A stretch of DNA of 64,000 nt from Azolla caroliniana (lineage: Eukaryota; Plantae; Polypodiophyta). Numbering within the stretch: position 1 is the stretch's first letter; each line of letters starts with the position of its first letter. The stretch spans positions 2,294,001-2,358,000 of the forward strand of contig JBHGNT010000005.1 in NCBI GenBank assembly GCA_043228905.1, written 5' to 3'. This document shows positions 26,777-38,995 of the stretch, one piece after another. Below the pieces are notes generated by a model. The model was not told the origin of the DNA. It did not search any database and worked only from the letters and a program-made list of their open reading frames with translations. The translations under genes were made by a program, and so were the position numbers.

Positions 26777-28592
26777 TCATGTATCTCCTTCTACACCAGA
26801 GCAACTCCATGAAGATGATGGCCCATTTAACCTAGAATGATCAGTTGTTGAAAAAACGTGCAATTCGTTACAATGACCAACCATGGGTCTTACTGTTTTC
26901 CTTGACATGGCATTGGCCAATGCAATGGGCATTAAACAAAGTCCTTTGGCTTGTAGAAATGCCATGGCTGAGCTCATGTCCTCTTCCATTAGTCTAGCAA
27001 CTTGCCCCTCAGCTAGCAAGATTCCATCTTCACATGGGTTTACATCTTTGATGTTTCGTAAGGTATCAATGTGAAGATCGGAAACTAGAGGTACTACGAC
27101 CCCTGTTCCTGCCAGCCTACTCATGCTCAGAACCTTCACTTGCAACTGCAAGAACTTCACATACTCTATGATCTCATCGAGCATGGATGCTTTGTCTGAC
27201 TGCATATATAACAGAATAAATACATGGATATGCATACACAATAAAAATGATAATGGGAAATAAATACATGGAATCATTACATGGATATGCATACACAATA
27301 AAAATGATAATGAAAAATGAAAAATAAAAGGAAAACTATAAAGATTGTTCATCGAGGGGGAAAAAAGACAGAATTGTACCTTATTGGCACTAGGAACCAT
27401 CTCTTGCAATGCTTTCATCCTTTCTGCTATTCGTTCCCTACGAAGCTGCAAAATAACACAAAGAAGCTGGAAAAAAAAATCCCACTTACAGAATAACACA
27501 TACACATAAATGAAGGAGACCAATGTGATATGCATGCATGTGTGTATATGCATATAGCTGCAAAAACACACAAAAGAAGCTGAAAAAAAGAAGAGCTCAC
27601 TTACAGAATAACATATACACATAAATGAAGGAGACCAAATTATATGATATGCATGTGGATGTGGGTATATGCATGTGCATGTGTATGATGTATCTATGCA
27701 TGCGGATGTGTATATATGCATGTGTATGTGTGACATGTGCTTTGAGAGAAGAAAACCTCAGACCCGTTCGGCAATGCTATGAGGATCAGTGGCTTGACCT
27801 CGCCGGGCACGAACCCGTGGCCTTGCTGTTCCCGGAAGGCTGGCTCCGACATCACAACCTGCAGATAACTGTGTTAACATACCATCCATATGACTTCCAA
27901 ACATTGGGGCCCCATTCCCCATGCCTTCACCACATTGTATCTGACCAAAAACAATGTGGAATATATCAGAGAAACCAAGAAAAAACAAAGATAATAATCA
28001 TAAAGAACATTTTTCTCACGCATAGCCATAGTTTTTCTTCATTTGATCGCATTGAAAACCCTAACTAACAACAAATGCCTACTCCTTCAAGGGATATTAC
28101 TTATTCCCTAAGCCTTTCAAAAGGGTTTCCATAGATATTGCACCATTTCAACCTTACTTAGATGTGAGAAAGCACACATAGAATGATGATGAAAGAGTTG
28201 CTAACAAAATGACTGCATCACATTTTCCCTCTAATAAACCAGACCGTGTTCATGAGTTTGATACACATTAAACCCGAAAATTCACACATACAATAAATTA
28301 AATGTCAAGATGGTATTGAAGATTTCGAGAGACTTACATTGGTAGGATCATGACATAGCAATGAGTGTTTCCATACTGTGTTGATGTTGTCATCTCTATT
28401 GCGTCCAAGATCTAGATTTCTAGGTTTATTTAAGTAAGATTGACACCATGTCGGTTGTGGTGGAAGAATGGGTGGAATTAACCCATCATGTAATGATCTT
28501 TTTAGTGATGGGTTCATACAGCTATCCGAGTTTCCATGGTATTCCTCGATAGTTCTCTTCTTGTCATTACGAGGATGGTATGGGCTTCTCAT
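26777..28592 (-). CDS. LRL: bHLH subfamily XI (LRL/UNE12-like) transcription factor, ~306 aa
   Basis: Exons 28592-28338, 27940-27764, 27445-27380, 27199-26777, all GT-AG and phase 0. [20 protein letters not shown]|[22 protein letters not shown]|[29 protein letters not shown], plus the LRL domain [30 protein letters not shown]. The first exon/start is less certain. Confidence 0.9.
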
Positions 28593-30249
28593 GATACCAT
28601 TCTTCTTCTTCTTCTTCTTCTTCTTCTTCTACTACTTCTTCTTCTTCCACTATTATTACTTCTGCTATTACTACTACCACCACCACTACTACGTCTATGG
28701 TGGCTAGCTGAGATTTGAACCATGGTTAGGTTAGTAATGTTATACTGTATAGTATACATATGTATATGAGAAACTTGTCTTTACTGAGTTCTTATACATA
28801 TATTCATATAAAACCCAAGTTTCCTAAGTTCGTGTTCACATGTATGACCCCTTTCAATGGAGGAAGTCGGGAGGAATTCTCATCGTTTTTAACCCTCCCT
28901 ACAGTGACAATATTCACATATTCACAAAGGCCTTCTCGTGCCCGACTTTGGACTCTTTTAACTCCCAAAATTTTCTCCCTCGTACCTCATGTTATAAGAT
29001 TTTTTTCCGTGAGGAACTCGAGCATTTAACACTCGTTCCACAAAATCCTTCTAGTTCTTGCTATTCTATCTATGAGGCAAGAGTGGACATAAACTATTTC
29101 TTCATGGGATTTGGCCATGGTTAGGCTAATAATGCTCACATTTAAGAACTTCATAAGTGATTTACAAATTCAACCAAAACATGTGGGTGGATGAACCAAG
29201 CAAGTCCCACAATTCTTGAATACCATGAAGGTATTCATCATTGGTATGAGAGGGTCGTGAATTTAACCTACATTATCTCAATAAATTGTGTCACATAAAG
29301 TGAGTGAAATATATGGCATATAATCTTGCACATGTAACTAAGAGTTTAATCATGGTTATGTTTGTAATCTTAACATAGACTATATGAAATGTTTGTAATC
29401 ATTTTGGAACATGTGCAATATGCATGGGGAAGTTACAAATCTTACTCTAATCACATTAATAATGTTGAATCGAGACAATCTATGTGAACAAGCAATTGAT
29501 TGAGCATATGACGATTAGATCACGAGACCTAGGGATTTAGCTCTAGTTATGTTATTAATTGTAACATAAATTGGATGTTACCTTTTTGCTCTGAGAATTT
29601 TCACGTGGGTGTGTGGAATTTAATCCTCGTTAATATTATGATATTTGCCATGAGCCATATTATAGATTAGTTTAGAATTTAGCCTTGGTTATCTTGGCAA
29701 TGTTCACGTAGCACAGTTGTGATGTGATTTTCCCGTGTCATAAATTTGCAAGAACTATAATGTTGCATACTACATAGCATTTTTGTGTAACCAGAGTTAT
29801 ATAATGACATATTGATGGTTTGATCCTAATCGGGGGGAAAGTAGTAAAATTTAGAAATGGTTGAAGTAAAAAAAATAGACCTATGATTGTAAACCATGTA
29901 AAAGGAAACAAAACATGCGTTATCGTTTGCATCTATAAGTTGTTGGTGTCCCATTCTTCTAATTTCTCGCACATCTCTTTACCCAATACTCCAAGAAACA
30001 CAATGTATTGTAAAACGTAAAATCTCATGACGAGCATTTTGATATCGGGTTACGAGTCGTTAAGTCTACATTCACATGCATGCAAATCTGATTTGGAACA
30101 TTCAAAAGACATGTACATATGTATTTGGTAATCATACACTTGACGAACTAGGTGTAACACTCTTTTATTACTCGAAGATTAAGACCAATTATTATTGTTA
30201 AGTCATTAGATATTCCAACGTATATGAGTAGATGAATGTACATTTAAGT

Positions 30250-31300
30250 TAATAAATAAAGATACATTGTTTGTGCATGATAATGATCATAAATTGAAAA
30301 CAAAAAAATTTAAACTTTTTGTTAGTCATTAGCAATGAATCTCTAAAGAGACATCCTATTGTTTTGAGAAGCCATGTTCAAAAAATGATTTCAAATGTTA
30401 TGTTTTTTATTTAATTGAAACAACTAGATGTTCTTGCTTACATGTTCGAGCTATTGATCACATAACACTTCACTCCATAAGAGCAACTTGAAATGGAGAT
30501 GCTTTTGCAACAACATGCATAACACATTGTCAATGTGTTAACCTTATTATCAACTTAGGTTAATGCACGAAGATTCTACTATGCTATTTCATGTTGTTTT
30601 TTAGGGATGTATCAAGAGCTCAAAACTATTATTGTGATTATATATATTTGGATGTATGTATCAAGATTCTACTATCCTATTTCATCTTGTTTATACATAT
30701 TACAAACAAGATAATGAGAAATAAATTATGTTTTGTCTATTGAAATACAAATTGATTGTGATGTTCCTCCAAATAAGAAGAAAAGATTCAACCAGATTCA
30801 TTCATGCATATCAATACACAAATAAGAGGCGGTGCATCACATTATATTTTGCATGTAATGCGTTCCAATGTGCCCAAAACTTCATACTTGTGTCCATGAT
30901 TTTTTTTGGGTATTTGTCATCCTTGCCAATCACTTCAGGAACAACACCCGACAAACTCATGCCAATAAGTATTGTGTTGAGAATTATAGCATCAATAGTC
31001 AACAAATTTTACAAACTTTTCTCTGAAATCGTGCATAAAATTATCCATTGTCAAAAACTAAAGGGTTTGAACCTTCCTTGAAGGTGTGGATTTTACCATT
31101 TGGTTCCAACATGGTTAGAAAATGCCATATAAAGTTATCTATTTTAACATTATAATGTTAACAATCAATTTGGTTTCATTTGTTACGCTACTATCAATAA
31201 ATCAGATTTCCCAGATCGAATACATCTCGGGTCAAGAAATCTAGTTAGGCATCCTCTTATTTTGACTACATTATTTTAACATCATGAGCTCAACATCAGG
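30250..31300 (-). mobile_element. Possible heavily decayed hAT transposase remnant
   Basis: Minus-strand fragments faintly resemble the W..L...LH and SS.CERN.S...KKRN.L hAT motifs; many disruptions. Confidence 0.3.
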
Positions 31301-33559
31301 AATGGTTATGTATTGGGCCATGGTGCTTAGGATTTATTTATGAATTCCTTGAAATTGTAAAATGTGATATAATATCTATTTATTTACTTATTGTTAATGC
31401 AAAACATTGTACGATAAAACGAGCATGGAGCATAGAATCAATTCTATATAAATTACACAAGAAACAAGATCGTATGGAGACTAGGGCCTAGGCTAGAAAT
31501 TTTCACATCTTTCTATCTAAATGCATGTATGTGGGTATCAATACAAGTGCATGTAAGGGTAGATAAAATGAAATGGATTTATTCAACACATGGAGATATG
31601 GATATTTGGTAAATTGGTTGTAAATTTATATCTTGAATTGAAAGTAGTATTTACGATACCAATTATTGTTGGAAAATTAAATAACTAACAAGTTTCCAAA
31701 TGGTCGATAACAAAATGGTAGTTTGTGGTATGCCCACCACATGACCCCAATGACAATGTATACCTTTGGTCGAGATTGAGATGTGTGACTTTGACATTCC
31801 TCACCTTGAGCGAAAAAAACGAGACACCTTTAAGAAAACCCTATGCAACGTTCAATGGCAATCCCTTGTTACCTCATGTTGCATTTTGTCCAAAGGATAA
31901 GCAATGGTACTATAAATTTGTCTTATTGAGAAGAAGAAGAGTATTTCGTATGAAAATGGAGAACATAAATGTTAAAAAGTTCAATTTTCATAATCATCTT
32001 TAGCATCTAACGATGAATCATGTCCAATACATATGTTGATTTTTCCCTACCATATAATGTCTAATCAACTCTAGAATATAAAGACATATAGTGATAAATC
32101 ATCTACAAATACTCATGTTAGCAAATATCCCATTAATAAATCTGTTGAGCCCAAAAGTGGTCATGGTGCACACTGTGACCGACGTTGTAATGCCTTTCGA
32201 TGCCGAATCGTTGCGTGAGTCGGGTGGAAAGTGTCAAGGTTTTGTACTAGGAGGAGGATGCATTTGAGGCAAATATAAATATGAGTAGATTGAAAGAGAG
32301 AGAGATAGAAAACTCATGAATCCCACGAGTATAATGTATTATATTAATCGACCCTTGGAACCCTAATCAATCACAAAAATTCAACAACCAATTACATTTT
32401 GCTCTCCCTCCGTATATAGTGATGGGAGAGGCTAAGTATATATTACCACATGGCAAGCTTTATTCATTTTCTTCTAACTAAAGTTTTCATGCACAATAGT
32501 TGTGCATGAGTAGCTTTTCGAGAATTTATATGTGAGGATAATTACACTGTGCATGATAAGTTAGTATAATGGTAAGGTTTCAAATTATTGACATGGAGGT
32601 ACAGGGTTAGAATCTTGCCCTATGCATGTAACAACTTATTCAATCAGGTACTCCGTATGTTTTTCACTTAGTGTATGAGATACACTACGACAACATTGGT
32701 TGAAGGTCACCCTGACGTTGGCTAGAGTTTTCCTCATAACCTTTGCACAAGCTTTGTTGTGCATTTCTCCCATGTTGTTCACACCATCAATTGCTTGTTG
32801 ATGGCTTGGTGATGAGCATGGAAGAGGATCCTCTCCTTGGAGCTTACCCCCATCATAATCTTTGTCGATTGATGGGCAAATTAGATAATGCAAGGATAAG
32901 GACAAATTGCATGCTCATAAAAGAAAGTAGTAGTGCATGTAGAAATTGAGAATATGAGCAAGTAGTGGTGCATGTAGAAGTTGAGAATTTATGAGACAAG
33001 AGCTAAAAAATGCTATACAATGAGCAAGAGAGCTCATTGTAAGGGACCTCATAGTACGTAAAATTCATGTTCGTCTAGCATAATGTTCGTTTTTTGACGT
33101 TGGAAAACGAATGCGAATTTTATTCAAACATTCTTGTGTTTTTTTTTTTGTTTTTTTCCCATTTTTTTAATGTTTTTTTTCTATTTTATAGGCTTATTTA
33201 CCTCATAATAAATAGTTAATCCAAAAGTATGGTATTTATCATTCTTTGAGGGTGTTTTTCTTACACGAATGATTGAAACATTCGCGAATGCGAATGCACG
33301 TATAGTTCATACTATAGTCAGGGTCGTTAGTTTGGGATTTGACTTAGTTACAAATGCCCCAGCTTCACAACACAATAATAAACAATGGTAGAAACTTATT
33401 TGTATTTACTTAATGTCGTTCAGTAATGTGTTTCGTAAATAAAGTTAAGGAATGCAAATGCGTAGTTTTTTGTTTTGTTTTTTACCAAAAAAGAATATAC
33501 TCCATATAGTTAAAATGTACACATCTTAGAATTAGTCCTTGCCTAAATTATCCTATCAT

Positions 33560-34608
33560 TCATGAGCGATCTCACTTATTTATCTTACACTTTCACATGT
33601 GTCTCTAGCCAAACTTTCATACACATCACCTGCATTCAATATCCCACATGTCATCTCATTCATGCCCTTCTTTCAACTAATGGGAGGGGGGAACAACCAT
33701 TTGGGTACTACATATTGCCATCGTATATCCATTCCATTTGTTGTAGTCATCGGTGTAATACACCAACGTTCTTTGAAATTCAACCTCATTAGTTCTGAAA
33801 CATCATTAGTTCCATCAATCCGCTCATATTGTGCTCTTAATGTAGTAATTATTAGTGTGTGCCATATTAGCTTAATCAATTTAGCTAGAGGGCATTTGTT
33901 TGTTGAAAATACCCTAGTGCACCTTGCTATCCATATGCACCATATGGTACTGGGTGCAAGCAACATCCACAGATCTCCAAATTTTTGCTTCTGCACAATA
34001 ACTATATGTACCCTGTTATCAACGATCAACCGAACAATTCCATTCTCCCCTCTGTACATTGCTTTGCATGTGCTATCATATTTCGCCACATCATCCTCAA
34101 GATAGTTCCAACAAGCATGTTCTCAGTTGAGGGTGAACAAGCTAGAGGCATGGCATAACAAATGTAATGCCCTTCCCCATACAACCGTTGCCTCACGACA
34201 TTCCCATAGACAATGGGAAATGCTTTCTAATTGTCCACATGCAGACTATACATCTAAGGTCTATATTGGAGCCTTTACCCCACGTCCCTACTAGCAAGGT
34301 TCCATGCACAATAATCCATAAGCACATCATTATCTTGCGATCATTACTATCATGCCATATAATTTTCCAGAATTTATCTAATTTCCTTTCACTAATGGCC
34401 TCCTGTATCCAAAATTTATGGGTTGCAATCTTGTCGTGTTCTTGTTCTAGAATAATTTGCCTCCCAATTTTCGTTTTGTACCTAAAAATTTGAACCAACT
34501 TTGCACCCTCAATTCATCCTTGACTTCTCCAGAAATACATCGTTGGGTCCCATGATAGCTGATTCGAATGTCCTTCTATTGGCCAACACATTGTCGTCAG
34601 TGTGATCT
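33560..34608 (-). mobile_element. LINE 3' fragment (zf-RVT region), interrupted at 34608 by the outer LTR element
   Basis: FWKIIW..RKIMMCLWIIVHGTLLVGTW, STIWCIWIARCTRVF, DIRWQYVVPKWLFPPP; same family type as 22745-24440. Confidence 0.85.
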
Positions 34609-34638
34609 TGTTACGGGCATGACCATTTAATATCCCGT

Positions 34639-35435
34639 TGTCGAGATATTTTGCAAGTGCGTGTGGAGATGAGGCGGGACCGCGGGGGTCTCGAACCAAA
34701 GAGCAAGCGAGGGAGGAGAAAGAGGGAGAACCGGCTACGCAGGACCGGGGATACACAGGGACACGGCCCTTCAGCACGGAGAACGCGAACAGACACCGAC
34801 ACAGACAGACGCGAACGACTAAATATGTATATTAACAAAAATGGCTAACACGACTACAACCCTCGATGGGGCACAGGTTGGTTACAACCGAACAGGCCGG
34901 CGAACAGATGCCGATGCCTGTTCGCTTCGACGCACAAACGGGGTAGCAGCTCGGAGGTGCTGCCGGAAGCACTCGGGCGTTCCTCGAAACAGCGCGAGCC
35001 TCCTCGGAACCCTGCACAGAAAGCTATGGAGCTCAAGAAGGAAGGAAACAGAGAGAGAAGCGTCCAGAAACGGTCCGACAGCACTTCGTCCTCTCTGCCC
35101 CCCCCCAGATCCCTGCAACAGCTCTTTCCTGCTCCTTATATATCCGACGAGCAGGCCGTCATGTCAGCTTTATTCCCTGTCCCTTTTGGACAGGGATCCG
35201 CTCCGTTCTTCACGCATCCGCGTAGTTACGCCTCCGACTCGTACAGTTCCTTAACTCGCGCGCGCGACCGAAAAGACTGTTCGCGCGGTCTTTGTCTCCA
35301 CTTGTGTTAGGGCCCGTTCCTGCCGGTTATCCTCCTAACTCGCTTCTATGTACAACTTGGAGCTTGCGCGCGTGAAGAACCGGTACCCACGCCTAGGTGC
35401 GCCGATTCCGCCTATGGACGGTTTTCTTCGCGACA
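34639..35435 (-). repeat. 3' LTR of the GC-rich element (797 bp)
   Basis: Near-identical to 41157-41953; by eye only two C/T differences, both at CpG. Confidence 0.97.
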
Positions 35436-35450
35436 TCCGCCCCCACCTAA
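35436..35450 (-). other. Polypurine tract
   Basis: TTAGGTGGGGGCGGA immediately before the TG of the 3' LTR on the minus strand. Confidence 0.85.
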
Positions 35451-35506
35451 CCGCGCATCCTCCGGTATGCGCCAAGAGAGTTGGGACGGAGAAAACCGGC
35501 CCGTCT

Positions 35507-38500
35507 TCATTCCTCGCCCGTCGGTTCTTCCTCGTTTCCGGATCGTTCGTCACTGCTGACTAGGAGAGCCGGGTCCGGCTCGTCGTCATGTCGCTTCTTG
35601 AACGCTTTGATCCGCTTCCCTGCAACCGGTATCGCCACTCTCGTGCCGTCAAGTTCCGCCAGGTGATATGTCCCGTTGTCATTGGCGCTCCGTACCACGT
35701 AAGGCCCGAACCACCTTCGTGCGAACTTCCGTGTGGCTCGGTGCTGGTTGTCGAGGCTGCTGTCGTAGACGAGCACCCAGTCACCTTCTTCGATTTTCTT
35801 CGGTCGGAGCCGGTGCGTTCGGTCGAACCTGGCTTTGTTCTTTGCCCTCGCCACCCGGAGCCTCTCCGCAGCCAGTTCCACGTCCTCCGGTCTCCGCTCG
35901 AGCTGTCGTATACGCGCGGCCAACAACTCCTCCCGGTTCATCTCGTCCCTCCAGTCGACCGTTGCCCACGAGGAGATCGTCCGTTCCATCGGCATGATCG
36001 GCTTCTGGCCGAACATGAGCTCCGTCGGCATGTACCCGGTTACCGAACTGAGCGTGGTCCGGTCTGCCCACAAGGCATAAGGTAGCAGCCGCGGCCAGTT
36101 ACCGACTTGGCCTCTGCATGCCCGAACCAACGCCTTGACGATCGGCCCGTGTCCGCGCTCCACCTTCCCATTCGCCTCCGGATTGTACGCAGTGGTGAGC
36201 GAGAGCTTGACTCCCAGCCGGTCGAACAGCTCCGCGGCTTCTTCAGCGTCCAACTCCCCTCGGTCAGCCACGATCTTCCCGACGCACCCGTACCGGCATA
36301 TCACGTCTTCGATTAGGAACCGGCATACGGCCGCGGTCGTTTTGTTCGGAAGGGCCCGGCCTTCCACCTGGTTCGTCAGATCCTCCCGCGCTAGGACCAG
36401 GTACCGCATCTGTCCTACTCCCATTGGCATCGTTACCAGATCTACCATCCATTTGAAGTGGATGGTCGGAGGGTACGTGGGGTGAAGCTCGTCCCGATGT
36501 CGGACTATGGAGTGCATCTGACAGCTCTCGCAAGTTGTCACGAACCGATGCACGTCCTGGTACTGCCCCGGCCACCAATACTTCCCCTTCAGTTTCTCAA
36601 ACGTAGCCCATGTTCCACGGTGTCCAGCCCAAGGGCTGTCGTGGTAGGCCGTCAGCAGCTCCTCCTGTTCTTCCTTCATCGCCACCACCCGGAGCGGGAC
36701 GCCGTTCCTCCTCTTCGGGTGCTTCCACAAGTATCCGTCCCGGAGAAAGAACCGGTACGCTTTCTTCCGGATCCGGTTGGCCTCGTCCTTCGTCCATGAC
36801 GCATCGGGCGTCATTGTCTTCAAAAACCCACCGATCTGCAGCCACTCCCCGTCGTACTTGCTCGCGTCGAAGTCGTTAAGCGCCGGAGTGCTTGTCCCGT
36901 CGGTTGTTACATACGCAGTCTCGAAGAAGTCCACGCCGACCTCTTCGTCCTCCGAAATCATGCCGCCCTCGTCATCGAATCTCGCCCTCGAAAGCATGTC
37001 GGCCATGGCGTTGTCTTTCCCGGAAATGTGTCGTATTCCCGGGTCCAGGGACTTGATGTACGCTATCCACCTGAGCATTGCCAGGTCCGGCGTTGCGCAC
37101 CCGGAAACCATGCCGAGAATCGGCATGCAATCCGTCTCTATGATTACCTCTGTCCCGATCAGATAGTCCTTGTCGGCTTTCACCGCCGAAACGATACCCC
37201 AGAGTTCGCGTTTAACCTGGGCATATCCTCGCTGCCGTTCGCTGAGGACCTTCGCGCCGAATCGGATTGGAAACCGATTGCCGTCCCCGTCTTCTTGGTT
37301 GACGACCCACCGGATTCCGGTCGGACTCGTGTCAACCGTTATGTACACTGGGGTGCCCTTTCTGTAGACGGCCTTTCGGAGCGCCGGTGCTGCCGAGAGA
37401 GCCTCCTTCAGCTTCCGGACCGACTCCTTGTGCTTGTCTAGCCATTCGAATCTTCGCCCTTTCCTCAATAATCCGTATAGCGGCTCCGCAACATGGGCGT
37501 AATGCGGGATCCATATGTGGTAGAATGCGCATGCCCCCAGGAATCTACGTACTTCCGTGACCGAGCTGCAGTCGGGCTTCATCGCGGAGATGGCTTCTAC
37601 CTTTGCCGGAGACGGTTTCCGGCCATATGGCCCACATAAGTGTCCGACCACCATGATTTCCGACTGCCCGAAGGCTGATTTCTCCCCCGAGAAGGTGAGC
37701 CTCGCATCCTCTAGCCTTTGCAGCACCTTCTCGCAGTCGTCGATGTGCGCCATCACGAATCGCCGGCATCCGTCCGGCCCGACCGTCTCGTCCTTCTCTT
37801 CTACCGGGCATCCCTTGATCGGGATGTCGTCTAGAAACGGCATGGTGATGTCCGGGATGCAGTCCCTCAGCACCTTGTTCATCGCATTCACCATGTGGGC
37901 CACTGAGTTGGTCCCTCCTTGCGGCAGCGTACACATCCGCACTAGGCCGAGGGGAGTTCGCATCGTCGTAATGTCTCTGCTTTCCACGGCTAGCTGGAAC
38001 TGGTCGTACCCTGAGTATAGATCACCGACCGAGTAAATCGACCTTCCGGCGAAGGCCTCCGCGAACTCGTCTATGGTCGGTCCGATCCCTGCGTTCCGAA
38101 TGGTCACTCTATTGACCGGCTGCAGGTCCTGAATGAAGCGCAATGATCCGTTTTTCTTTGGCACGGTAAACCAGCGGTTTGAATACGGGGCGCTCGACGG
38201 CTCGAGAATGCCCATATCAACTTTCTGTTTCAACAGCTCCATCAACTTCGGGATGTGAGCTCTCGGAACCGAAATTGGCTTGAGATTCCACGGTACATGC
38301 GGTACCGTGAATATCACCATCGGCTCTACGATCGTCGGGTCCACGCACCCGATTTCCTTCGGCGAGAATGCGAAGGCTTTCCCGTGCCTTCCGAGCATTC
38401 TCCGGAACCGGTCTTCCTCCGCCGGCAGTAGGAACCCGCCCCCACCGATCTTCAGCTCGCGGAGCGTCTCGTCGGTGAAGGTGTGTCCTATGCAGGCCCG

Positions 38501-38989
38501 ATCTCGTAAGCTGGGGTCCGATGCAACCCCTTTAATCCGGGATTCACTGCCCTCCGGTAAGGGCGCCGCAACTGGCCTCACCTTCCGGTCCACCGTCTTG
38601 TACTTGGTGCTCACTCGGGCCGTCCGTTCCGACTCGAGCCCTCGACCGAAGTCCGCGATGACTTCGTACATTTCTTCGGAACATACCGGTATCGTCCGGT
38701 CTTCGTTAAGGTCTTCTTCGACTACCTTCCCCAGCATTCCCAAGGTGTCGTCGAAAGAGACTGCCTCCACGGCTCCGTTGATTCCTTCGTCAGGGCCGAG
38801 AACTCCGCACGCCCGAAGTCTCCCCTCCGTCTTTGTTTTCTCTCGGCCGGTGATGCCGACCATCGTACATGCTCCGCTGTCGGAGAAGCAAAATTTCCTA
38901 CCTATTGTACACGGTTTTATCGTACAGATGTGGGGTTTTCCCGGAGCATCCGGACTGTCGCGGCCCCACGCCTTGGCAGTCCTCTCTAA
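35507..38989 (-). CDS. pol: pol ORF2: reverse transcriptase, RNase H, integrase with GPY motif
   Basis: DLYSGYDQ, LPQGGTNS, FLDDIP (RT); VDTS, ELWG, ETD, ADMLSR (RH); H..H..C..C and D-D-E (IN); WFGPY. The frame is open without stops from 38989 (first ATG 38863) and is in the -1 frame relative to ORF1. Confidence 0.95.
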   Translation of the reverse strand, partial: LERTAKAWGRDSPDAPGKPHICTIKPCTIGRKFCFSDSGACTMVGITGREKTKTEGRLRACGVLGPDEGINGAVEAVSFDDTLGMLGKVVEEDLNEDRTIPVCSEEMYEVIADFGRGLESERTARVSTKYKTVDRKVRPVAAPLPEGSESRIKGVASDPSLRDRACIGHTFTDETLRELKIGGGGFLLPAEEDRFRRMLGRHGKAFAFSPKEIGCVDPTIVEPMVIFTVPHVPWNLKPISVPRAHIPKLMELLKQKVDMGILEPSSAPYSNRWFTVPKKNGSLRFIQDLQPVNRVTIRNAGIGPTIDEFAEAFAGRSIYSVGDLYSGYDQFQLAVESRDITTMRTPLGLVRMCTLPQGGTNSVAHMVNAMNKVLRDCIPDITMPFLDDIPIKGCPVEEKDETVGPDGCRRFVMAHIDDCEKVLQRLEDARLTFSGEKSAFGQSEIMVVGHLCGPYGRKPSPAKVEAISAMKPDCSSVTEVRRFLGACAFYHIWIPHYAHVAEPLYGLLRKGRRFEWLDKHKESVRKLKEALSAAPALRKAVYRKGTPVYITVDTSPTGIRWVVNQEDGDGNRFPIRFGAKVLSERQRGYAQVKRELWGIVSAVKADKDYLIGTEVIIETDCMPILGMVSGCATPDLAMLRWIAYIKSLDPGIRHISGKDNAMADMLSRARFDDEGGMISEDEEVGVDFFETAYVTTDGTSTPALNDFDASKYDGEWLQIGGFLKTMTPDASWTKDEANRIRKKAYRFFLRDGYLWKHPKRRNGVPLRVVAMKEEQEELLTAYHDSPWAGHRGTWATFEKLKGKYWWPGQYQDVHRFVTTCESCQMHSIVRHRDELHPTYPPTIHFKWMVDLVTMPMGVGQMRYLVLAREDLTNQVEGRALPNKTTAAVCRFLIEDVICRYGCVGKIVADRGELDAEEAAELFDRLGVKLSLTTAYNPEANGKVERGHGPIVKALVRACRGQVGNWPRLLPYALWADRTTLSSVTGYMPTELMFGQKPIMPMERTISSWATVDWRDEMNREELLAARIRQLERRPEDVELAAERLRVARAKNKARFDRTHRLRPKKIEEGDWVLVYDSSLDNQHRATRKFARRWFGPYVVRSANDNGTYHLAELDGTRVAIPVAGKRIKAFKKRHDDEPDPALLVSSDERSGNEEEPTGEE

Positions 38990-38995
38990 AAATCC
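38930..38995 (-). promoter_or_regulatory. Candidate -1 programmed ribosomal frameshift signal (slippery heptamer plus H-type pseudoknot)
   Basis: G GAT TTT (38995-38989) abuts the ORF1 TAG. A 6-nt spacer is followed by stem 1 GGACTG/CAGTCC; loop GTGGGG is complementary to downstream CCCCAC. Confidence 0.75.

Noticed and set aside
26777-27736. The 319-aa ORF as the real protein
   Set aside because: It reads through introns; canonical splice sites give the conserved LRL sequence.
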